A DNA stretch of 60,466 bases, the filler included. It is 7 parts of 7 records of this genome, joined end to end, with 100 filler letters (N's around TTAATTAATTAA, not from the genome) between each part and the next. Parts side by side here need not be neighbours in the genome. Positions count along the whole stretch, not along the records: positions 1 to 7,523 come from SRR31147125_122516; 6 more parts are not named here. One strand, given 5' to 3'. Below the pieces are notes generated by a model that was given only the letters and a program-made list of their open reading frames with translations, made no database searches and was not told the DNA's origin. The position numbers and the translations under genes are program-made. This document shows positions 1 to 7,623 of this stretch, piece after piece. Position 1 is the first letter of the stretch. Each line of letters starts with the position of its first letter.

Positions 1-193
1 TTTTGTCAGGTGCCTGGTTCAATCTTTGAATAATAGCCTGAATATATCGTGAGAAAATCCATTGTAAAGCTTGTCCAGCGCTCCTCTCCTTTGAGAGCCA
101 TTCCGGAACATATCCGGACCGCCTGACATTTAGTTCTTTAAAAATATTATCAGCATCTCGTGTGTCGACTGCTGGTTTCGACTTTGCTTTCAT
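1..193 (-). CDS. eCIS baseplate J-like protein (Afp11/Pvc11-like), N-terminal part, truncated by window edge
   Basis: Not in the ORF track. ATG at 193 overlaps the gp25 stop (ATGA). It translates MKAKSKPAVDTRDADNIFKELNVRRSGYVPEWLSKERSAGQALQWIFSRYIQAIIQRLNQAPDK, matching the DDR..YVPEW..RLNQAP N-terminus of baseplate J proteins, and sits in the expected position after gp25. Confidence 0.85.
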   Translation of the reverse strand, partial: MKAKSKPAVDTRDADNIFKELNVRRSGYVPEWLSKERSAGQALQWIFSRYIQAIIQRLNQAPDK

Positions 194-606
194 TCCTGCT
201 CCCCTTCTAGCAAATAGAATGGGTATACCAAATTGTGTCGTGCATTTGTGGCACGAATACGATAACTGACATCAATAAATAATTTGTTTCGCTCATTTGG
301 ATCCAATGTAACTTTTACCTCTTCCAGATCAATTCGCGCTTCCCAATCAGTGAGAGCTCTTTCAACCCGATGTCTTACCATGGCCATTGTGGTTGTATTT
401 GCAGGCTCGAAAACAAGCTCATTTAATCCAGCTCCAAAATCCGGACGCATAATCCGTTCACCTGGTGCCGTTCCCATAATAATCATAATCGCCTGGCGTA
501 TATCCTCCTCAAACTCAACTTTGTCCAACTCTCCAGATGGCTGCACATAAAGAGGAAAAGCCCAACCAACACCAAGAAAGGATTTTTTAGGATCCACCTG
601 GTTCAT
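190..606 (-). CDS. GPW/gp25-family baseplate wedge/sheath initiator (Afp9-like)
   Basis: FLGVGWAFP, GERIMRPDFG, WEARI and NLVYPFYL motifs typical of eCIS gp25. Confidence 0.93.
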   Translation of the reverse strand: MNQVDPKKSFLGVGWAFPLYVQPSGELDKVEFEEDIRQAIMIIMGTAPGERIMRPDFGAGLNELVFEPANTTTMAMVRHRVERALTDWEARIDLEEVKVTLDPNERNKLFIDVSYRIRATNARHNLVYPFYLLEGEQE

Positions 607-610
607 TTAT

Positions 611-892
611 TTATCCTCCTATTTCAACAGTTGGCATACCTGATATTATTGGTGCTCCGCATCCAGTCATATCGCCCACCCTTGCTGCCGGACGGCCACC
701 GATGAGCACGGTTGCGCTCCCTTTGGTTATGGGAGTGGGTGGATGCGGTCCGGCGGTGGGAGGCATGGCACATGTGTGGGTGTCTCCAACCACAGCAGCA
801 GGCAAACCACCAATTAGGACTGTAGCTACCCCGGGACCGGCTATGGTTCCCGGATGGCCTGTTGGATCTCCGATTCTTGCTGCTGGTGGCAT
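611..892 (-). CDS. PAAR spike-tip protein (Afp10-like)
   Basis: MPPAARIGD, PAAVVGD and PAARVGD repeats with His/Cys metal ligands. Confidence 0.95.
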   Translation of the reverse strand: MPPAARIGDPTGHPGTIAGPGVATVLIGGLPAAVVGDTHTCAMPPTAGPHPPTPITKGSATVLIGGRPAARVGDMTGCGAPIISGMPTVEIGG

Positions 893-903
893 TTCATTCC
901 CTC

Positions 904-1557
904 TTAATTTATCTTGACTGGATTACCCTGAATGTTACATATTGCATTGGATTTTATATTAATAGCCGCGCCACTAATTTCCACAGTTGCCGTCCCATTA
1001 ATTTTGATATTAGTAGCTTTCAATTCCAAATTCACAGCAGATTCAATTCTTAAAGTTTGCGAAGAATCATCCATAGAAATTATCAATGTACCAGCCTTAT
1101 TGCTGAGTTCAATTTTTAAAGGATCCAATGTTATTTTCTGCTTTGTACTGGTTGTAATGGTGATGGATTGTTTTAAATCATCGAACTCTAACACATGACC
1201 CTTTTGTGTCTTTATGAGGCTTTTTCCTAAAATAGGCGTTAATTCCGGTGGCATATCCTTAAGGTTCCAAAGGCTACCTATGATGTAGGGTTGTTCGATA
1301 TCGCCCTGTTCAAAAGCCACCAAAACCTCATCATCCACTTTTGGTATAAAGTAAATGCCACGATTTCCGCCAGCTGATGGTGTAACCACCCTGGCCCATG
1401 CCGTCTCTTCATCTCCCGAGAACCATGGTAATTTTACCTTTATACGGCCCTGCATTAGGGGATCAACCACATTGGTTACAATCCCAACTGCTACACCATA
1501 AAACCGTTTTTGCACAGCCTCTAATGCTGTTTCTTCAATTTCATTATGCAAATTCAT
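904..1557 (-). CDS. VgrG/gp5-like spike (baseplate assembly protein V, OB-fold plus beta-helix)
   Basis: GIVTNVVDP..GRIKVKLPW..WARV..PKVDDEVLVAFEQGD..PYIIGSLWN. Confidence 0.92.
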   Translation of the reverse strand: MNLHNEIEETALEAVQKRFYGVAVGIVTNVVDPLMQGRIKVKLPWFSGDEETAWARVVTPSAGGNRGIYFIPKVDDEVLVAFEQGDIEQPYIIGSLWNLKDMPPELTPILGKSLIKTQKGHVLEFDDLKQSITITTSTKQKITLDPLKIELSNKAGTLIISMDDSSQTLRIESAVNLELKATNIKINGTATVEISGAAINIKSNAICNIQGNPVKIN

Positions 1558-2648
1558 AGACTCAAATCCGGTACAATTTGTTGATATCCTTGAAAATTAA
1601 CCTTATAACCACCCGTATCAATGGTATGACTGGCACTATTAATACGATAATTACCACTAAAAACATTACCTACTCCATTTAGTTTAACAAGTGAACCCTT
1701 GCGAATTCGAACATCTCCAATCATACTTCCACTACCGGTAATCATGTTATTGAGCTTTTTTTTAAGCTCTGATAGTGCTTTGGTCATGACCTGGACAAGG
1801 TCAGTTGGATCTCGTATGGGTTGATTTACCAATTTTAAAATTGCCTTGCCTTTTGTGACGGTTTTTTCTGCTTTGCTTGGTACAACATTGATATTTAATC
1901 GCTCATTATCGAAATCCCAATTTAGGGTAATAACCAGATCAAGCTTGAGTTCTTTGAGCCAGAGTTTTATGGCTACACCATCTATTAGACCGACAGTTGA
2001 CAACCGGGGACTAAAACTAATTAGATTTTGACCCCAATTTCCCTGAATGGCTGCCACGTTTTCAAGGAACTTTTTCACATAAAGTGTATTTCGGTCAACC
2101 CATAATTGAACACCCATTTCTGTGGCTATTTCTTGTAAGAATTCATAATCGCTTTTGTTGGTCTGTTTCCTGGGATGACCCAATAATGCTGCCAGCGCTG
2201 CAAGAAACGCTGATTTGGAATCCACAACAGGAATCAAACCGTTCTCGATGGCTGTGTATGCGACAATTGCGGAATCCGGCAGAAATCCAAAATCCTGTTC
2301 TTTGGTGCCTCCCATCAGACGATGCGATTTATCCATAGCTTCAATTGTAAGCGAAACACCACCACCTTCCAAAAAGGAGGCATTCTGACCTGTGATTTCT
2401 CCGAAAAAAACTTCCGGCAGAGGATCAGGCGCATAACCAAGTGCCAGGGATATTTCATTTTCCGTTTCTAGTAATGGTTGCTTAAACCAATACTCATTTG
2501 GATCGTGTATCGAAAATTCAATCTTGTCGGCCGCTTCAATATCACTATTCCAATCCACTTTAGTAATGGCAGCTCTAAGTGTAGCAGGAATTGGCTCGCT
2601 GTTGATTTTGATTAGAAACTCTGGGGCATAGTATGAATGTCTGGCCAT
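1554..2648 (-). CDS. Phage late control D / gp27-like baseplate hub protein
   Basis: LGYAPDPL..FFGEIT, QTNKSDYEFL and FSGNYRINSASHTI motifs; lies directly upstream of the spike with a 4-nt overlap. Confidence 0.88.
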   Translation of the reverse strand: MARHSYYAPEFLIKINSEPIPATLRAAITKVDWNSDIEAADKIEFSIHDPNEYWFKQPLLETENEISLALGYAPDPLPEVFFGEITGQNASFLEGGGVSLTIEAMDKSHRLMGGTKEQDFGFLPDSAIVAYTAIENGLIPVVDSKSAFLAALAALLGHPRKQTNKSDYEFLQEIATEMGVQLWVDRNTLYVKKFLENVAAIQGNWGQNLISFSPRLSTVGLIDGVAIKLWLKELKLDLVITLNWDFDNERLNINVVPSKAEKTVTKGKAILKLVNQPIRDPTDLVQVMTKALSELKKKLNNMITGSGSMIGDVRIRKGSLVKLNGVGNVFSGNYRINSASHTIDTGGYKVNFQGYQQIVPDLSL

Positions 2649-2649
2649 A

Positions 2650-3339
2650 TTACTCTATTACCTCCCCGCTTTGAGGATCAGTAAAGGGCAAAGCGGGTAT
2701 CATCAACTTTTGCCCGGTAACTATACTTCGCGGATCGTCGATATTGTTCTCAATGGCAATCGGGCGCCAGAGTGCTGGATCCTCATATAGTTGAGCCGCA
2801 ATACTACTGAGCGTTTCACCTTGTTTCACCAAGTGCAATTTGGTAAAATCGGCTGTGTGCCTGGGATCACGAGCCAATGTATTAGCATCAACGTATTCAT
2901 TAAAGGTAACTGTTATTCTGGCACGTACAGGAACTCCCTCAGCCTTAAACATAATGAACTCTTGTCTTGCCTTTGCTAACACACAGGTAAAAGACAAATC
3001 TCCGTAAGTGAATAATAATACCGGGGGTGCATGAGTTTCCGGATTTATCTCGAGTAACTCGGTAACTTTATTCGTTAACTTGCGCACATCCTCACCAGCA
3101 TCATTGATCATTCGTCCGCCTTCGACATGTTTTTCATGAGTATCAAAGAGAAGCTCCATATCCAGAGTGCGCATACTACCATGAACAAATTGGAGGATTG
3201 GCGCACGCATACCGGGTATATTCACTTGCGCGAAATTGTTATCACGATTGAGAGTATACTTTTCCGGATTGAAAAGAACCGGAATCCGATCGCCAGTGTC
3301 TGTGTTCACGATTACAGCTTTCTCCATAGCCATTATCAA
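2650..3339 (-). CDS. CIS tube-initiator protein with C-terminal LysM domain (Afp7/Pvc7-like)
   Basis: VLFNPEKY..APILQF..G.PVRA N-terminal domain and HLVKQGETLSSIA..WRPIA..NNIDDPR LysM domain. Confidence 0.92.
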   Translation of the reverse strand: MIMAMEKAVIVNTDTGDRIPVLFNPEKYTLNRDNNFAQVNIPGMRAPILQFVHGSMRTLDMELLFDTHEKHVEGGRMINDAGEDVRKLTNKVTELLEINPETHAPPVLLFTYGDLSFTCVLAKARQEFIMFKAEGVPVRARITVTFNEYVDANTLARDPRHTADFTKLHLVKQGETLSSIAAQLYEDPALWRPIAIENNIDDPRSIVTGQKLMIPALPFTDPQSGEVIE

Positions 3340-3404
3340 GCTTCCTTAAAGACGATAATATCTTTTAGATAACATTTTTTGATTTCCTATTTTTTCAGAT
3401 AACT

Positions 3405-3716
3405 TTAGACTCTACCAGTGCGCTCCTTCCAGATCAACAGTTTGCGGTCTATTTGCTGAAGCACTTTATCCGTGAGCTTTTCAATATTAACCGGCGGAGA
3501 TGATCCCTCAATAGATCTCGAATCGTAACGCTCACTTTCGGAAGTATATGAAGATTCTGATAGGGGTTTCATGTCCGTAATATTTTGCATTGTGGACCTC
3601 TTGAACACCATTTGTAAAGAGTGTAAATCTGCATTATAAAGTTCATTTTTAACATCTGAATCATCTCGTTTATATTGTTGTTTCCTGACTGAATCTGGCC
3701 ACATAGAGAAACCCAC
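3405..3716 (-). CDS. eCIS hypothetical protein, possibly the C-terminal part of a split gene
   Basis: Ends IEKLTDKVLQQIDRKLLIWKERTGRV, resembling the C-terminal helix seen in the eCIS gene preceding the LysM gene; overlaps the upstream ORF by 148 nt in another frame. Confidence 0.6.
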   Translation of the reverse strand: MGFSMWPDSVRKQQYKRDDSDVKNELYNADLHSLQMVFKRSTMQNITDMKPLSESSYTSESERYDSRSIEGSSPPVNIEKLTDKVLQQIDRKLLIWKERTGRV

Positions 3717-4336
3717 TTTCCAGATTCAGGGAAGATTAATTTCGAAACGTTGTTCGGATATATATGAGATTGAGAAGTGAAGTTTAAATTCGAAAAGGTG
3801 TTCGGATGCAAAGGAAATTGCAGCTTTTCGCCGCCAATTTTATTTACATTTAGTTTGGTATACGAAAATTTGAGCTTAATTGATCGAGTCTTTAGTATCG
3901 AGTTTATAATCGATAGATTTTCTTGCTGTTCATATCCCAAATATGTCGATCGTTTGTTCTGTATTTTTTTGTTACTAAATTTTCCAAGGATCGTACCAGA
4001 CAGTAATTTTGAAGCGTCAATGATATCTGTTATGTGTGAGCGCTGAATAGGAGTTAACTGCAATGATCTTAATAAGTAAGTAATATTATATTTATGCGCA
4101 AACTGTTGTCGAAAAAACAGGTTCACTCTCTGTGGTACTAAAAAATACCTTTCAATCGGGAAAAATCGCACAGTTATTTTTTGGAACTTGTTAACTATGG
4201 ATTTTACCCACTCGCCACAACGATATAGACCTGCGAGAGAACGATTAGACAAGCCACGATTTGGCAATTGTAATCCGATCACCGACCTAATGATTTTCTT
4301 AAAGGCGATATTTTTTGTCAACAATATTGCTTTCAT
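3569..4336 (-). CDS. Hypothetical basic protein at the tape-measure position of the eCIS
   Basis: ATG overlaps the stop of the DUF6760-like ORF (ATGA, 4333-4336); AT-rich with no recognised motif. Confidence 0.5.
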   Translation of the reverse strand: MKAILLTKNIAFKKIIRSVIGLQLPNRGLSNRSLAGLYRCGEWVKSIVNKFQKITVRFFPIERYFLVPQRVNLFFRQQFAHKYNITYLLRSLQLTPIQRSHITDIIDASKLLSGTILGKFSNKKIQNKRSTYLGYEQQENLSIINSILKTRSIKLKFSYTKLNVNKIGGEKLQFPLHPNTFSNLNFTSQSHIYPNNVSKLIFPESGKWVSLCGQIQSGNNNINEMIQMLKMNFIMQIYTLYKWCSRGPQCKILRT

Positions 4337-4491
4337 TCATTATTTATCCGTTTATTGATTGCAGAAATTTCTTCAACCCATTTTTGCCGCTCCGTATGCT
4401 CCATGTTCATGATCTCGTTAAAAGACCAATGAAAATGATAGGCAATAAAGGCTACCTCCTCATAGATAGCTTTGAGGGGGTAGCCTGTCAC
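4333..4491 (-). CDS. DUF6760-like small eCIS protein; probable -1 frame extension of the upstream chaperone
   Basis: Not in the ORF track (52 aa): VTGYPLKAIYEEVAFIAYHFHWSFNEIMNMEHTERQKWVEEISAINKRINNE. The YEEVAFIAYHFHWS..H.ER..W..EIS.IN motif is characteristic. Its GTG overlaps the TGA of the upstream gene. Confidence 0.88.
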   Translation of the reverse strand: MTGYPLKAIYEEVAFIAYHFHWSFNEIMNMEHTERQKWVEEISAINKRINNE

Positions 4492-4497
4492 CCCCCC
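4449..4497 (-). promoter_or_regulatory. Putative programmed -1 ribosomal frameshift signal (slippery heptamer plus stimulatory hairpin)
   Basis: mRNA reads AUG GGG GGG UGA C, giving G_GGG_GGG at 4497-4491. After a 4-nt spacer comes the stem AGGCUACCCCCUCA / 10-nt loop / UGAGGAGGUAGCCU with 13 of 14 pairs (4486-4449). Confidence 0.72.
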
Positions 4498-4850
4498 ATT
4501 CCGTTTAGACCTGTCTCAAACTCATTTTCACACTTTGGACACTGAATCTTGATTTTAGCCTGACCATTGCTATTAATATTGCTATAAAAGTTCTGTAGAT
4601 AAGCCATATCCTCTGCGAAAAGTCCTTCGATAACTTTAGGATTGATGTGTTCCAAATTGCCCAACTTTGTTATGACTCGAGAAAGCAGGATAATAATCAA
4701 ATATGCCTCATTAGATTTAACCCGTGGATCTTTAAGAGGTAGAATCTCGTCTGCAGCTGTGGCCAAACGCATGATACCCTCCCGATGTAAATTGCCATCT
4801 TCATTGACATAACCTTTAGGCAAACAAAATTCATATTCCGTCTCAAACAT
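4488..4850 (-). CDS. eCIS tail-assembly chaperone-like protein with C-terminal CxxC
   Basis: TEYEFCLPKGY..G.LHREG.MRLATAADEI.P..DPRV..N.AYL..LLSRVIT..CPKC; directly follows the tube gene. Confidence 0.85.
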   Translation of the reverse strand: MFETEYEFCLPKGYVNEDGNLHREGIMRLATAADEILPLKDPRVKSNEAYLIIILLSRVITKLGNLEHINPKVIEGLFAEDMAYLQNFYSNINSNGQAKIKIQCPKCENEFETGLNGMGG

Positions 4851-4852
4851 GA

Positions 4853-5299
4853 TTAAGCCCTTTCAATTCCTTCATGAACAATCTCTAATGTCTCGATTGC
4901 AATATCACTTGCTTTGGCATTAAAATCAGGACCATCCCACTTGGAGGGCCAGCCATTGAAGAAATTCCAACGAACTTTTTCATTCCCTTCCAAGTCTAAT
5001 AACACAATCGATCCATTTTTACGCTCGATTTTGCCTTTTGAAGTATTTCGGTGCCAATCGTACAACTCTTTGGAGTCGGTCAAACCCCATTTCAAACTAA
5101 TATTAGAATATTTTGTTAGACCAGGCAGTTTGCGGATTGTATGACCATGCTCAGGCGCATAACCACCTTCACGGTATTCAGTGACATCGATATCAGATCC
5201 GAATCCACTGCACTCCTGGAATCCTGCTTGCGTGATCCCATCTATCTCAACCAGGAAGTTAAAATTACGATATGGATCAACTCGTTCACCTGTTGGCAT
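4853..5299 (-). CDS. Tail tube protein (T4 gp19-like, Afp1/5)
   Basis: DPYRNFNFLVEIDG..F.ECSG..EYREG..KLPG..WPSKW.GP..AIETLEIVHEG; RBS AAGGAGGT at 5315-5308. Confidence 0.96.
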   Translation of the reverse strand: MPTGERVDPYRNFNFLVEIDGITQAGFQECSGFGSDIDVTEYREGGYAPEHGHTIRKLPGLTKYSNISLKWGLTDSKELYDWHRNTSKGKIERKNGSIVLLDLEGNEKVRWNFFNGWPSKWDGPDFNAKASDIAIETLEIVHEGIERA

Positions 5300-5328
5300 A
5301 ATAATTTACCTCCTTAAATACCATAAAA

Positions 5329-7523
5329 TTAGGCTAATTCTGTAACTTCTGCCCCGCCTACTTTTTGACCAATTCGGAATATTATAAATTCTGCAGGAAA
5401 GGCAATACGTATTCCTACTTCAATTATCAACTGACCAAGCTGGCGCACTGGATCTGGATTCAACTCCTCATCGACCTTGACGTAAAATGCCTCTTCAGGT
5501 GTATTTCCAAAAAGTGCGCCGTCGCGCCAGACTCTGTTTAAAAAATCAGTAACAGTACGATTTATTTTACCCCAGAGGGCGGGTGTATTTGGCTCGAATA
5601 CAGCCCATCTAGTTCCTTCTTGAATTGATTCCTCCACTAATAGAAATAATCTACGGGTGCTAATGTAACGCCAGGCCGTTAAATGAGAAATTGTCCGTGC
5701 GCCCCATATAGTCACTCCTTGAAGTGGGAAAATCCTGAGTACATTAATTCCTTGCACGTTTAGTTCCCCCTGTTCGGCATCTGTAATTTTTCGACCGTCT
5801 TTCAGGGCTAAACCCAACGCTCCTTCAATTTTAACATTAGCAGGTGCTTTATGTACTCCTCGTTCTCCATCCACTTTCGCATAAATCCCAGCAATATGCC
5901 CTGATGGGGGAACTGCAATATGTGCTTGCCCGTTAGGTACTGGATTTTGAATTTTAATTCTAGGATAATATAAAGCTGCTCTCCCATCCGCTGAAGCTAC
6001 ACTTAATCGTTGTGCTAAAATACCCGTATCATCTAAGGGATCTTTACTAGCTAACGATTCACTTTCAGCAGTTTTATCAACTGGATCTAAAATTGCGAAA
6101 CGATCTTTCATCTTTTCACAATGAGAAATAAGAGCTGACTGGACTGAAACCTGTAAAGAAGCATTATCCGCAGCATCAGGAACGCAAAGTATATTCACAT
6201 CGTCGATCTGTTCAAGTTTATTAATTCCTTCTATGAAATGTGGTGCATCAAGTTCTTTAACATTATCATTTTGACCCTTTTCAAGAGAAAGATTATTTAC
6301 TTCCGCAGGTTGGTTGTTTGGAGGTGGAGCGACACTTGGTTCATCAGGAGTAAGTACATTAACCAATTTCGAGTTAACTGCATTCTCATAATAACCGCTA
6401 TGATCTTTACTCATAGAAAGGCCCTCAAAAGTCTCAGTTCCACCCTGACCCTTAATTACTAATTTAAATTCTTGACTTTCTATTGCAGGAGAATCAATGT
6501 CATATAAATCATAAGCATTTTTAAGACCTTTTTTCAGAGTAATAAAGCCATGACGAGAGCTGTCTATTTCAGGTGGTAATAGTTGAGTATTTGCAACTTC
6601 TCCATATTCTTCTTTTCCATTATGACTTATCTTAATTACGCTACCACGTTCCAGCTTTCTCGCATCTTTTACTCGAAATTTTATTTCTCCAACTTTTAAA
6701 TTAGGAATAGCTATCTCTCCATCAGTATAGTCATCTTCCAAATTAGTAGTGAATATAAGAGTACTTTCCACAACTCTCGCTATAACTAATTTAGCTTTTG
6801 GAATGGTTTCTGTTTCAGGGGCAGGTGTTGGAGGAGGTGTCGGTGGAGGACCTCCTTCAGAATAAATAAATACAGTATCACCGGCTCGAAACTCGCTTTC
6901 ATCCCTAACCTTGGCTGCGTTACTACTTGCCCAAATGATACCACCAGAATATTCATGTGAGAGTTTTCGATCCAAGGTGATCTTTTCTTTTTGGATACTT
7001 AAAATAATTGCTTTCTCAGATTTAACATTTAAAGAATCCGTTAATTTAATTGTTAAACCTGTACGAAATTTCTTGGCTTCATCTGAGTTTTGTAGTATCA
7101 CTTCCTTACTACCTGCTTCAGCTTTCACGATTTGGGATCGAATTCCAGCCTCTATAATGGTTGTCTTGGCGCCGGCGATTTCACTTTCTTGTAAATGCTG
7201 ATGCTGAACTGTAATGGACCTTTGATTTCCAATCGTGCCTTGTTCTTTTGCTTCAATGCGTAAAGCTTTATTTGCAGAGGAGATTCTATCGTCCAATTCA
7301 CGATAAGCATGCACACCAGTTCCGACTCTAACAATATAGGCGATTTGTCCCCCATTATTAAAAAATCCTCGCACTGCCATCGGCATGCATAATATTTTCG
7401 GATAAAAGCTATATGGACTCATTTCCTCACGACCATTAACGGTGATTTCATTACCGAATTTTTCCACAAATGAGTTCCAGTTGGCTATCTTCGTTGGCTT
7501 GAACATGGGCCCGGCGACAGCCA
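5329..7523 (-). CDS. Contractile tail sheath protein with large inserted domains, 5'-truncated
   Basis: GFFNNGG..AYIVRV, PPSGHIAGIYA..RGVHKAPAN, WGART, WAVFEPN and PAEFIIFRI motifs; the frame stays open to the contig end (..AVAGPMFKP). Confidence 0.96.
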
Positions 7524-7623
7524 NNNNNNNNNNNNNNNNNNNNNNNNNNNNNNNNNNNNNNNNNNNNTTAATTAATTAANNNNNNNNNNNNNNNNNNNNN
7601 NNNNNNNNNNNNNNNNNNNNNNN
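7524..7623. other. Artificial contig spacer
   Basis: N44-TTAATTAATTAA-N44, with stops in all six frames. Confidence 0.99.
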
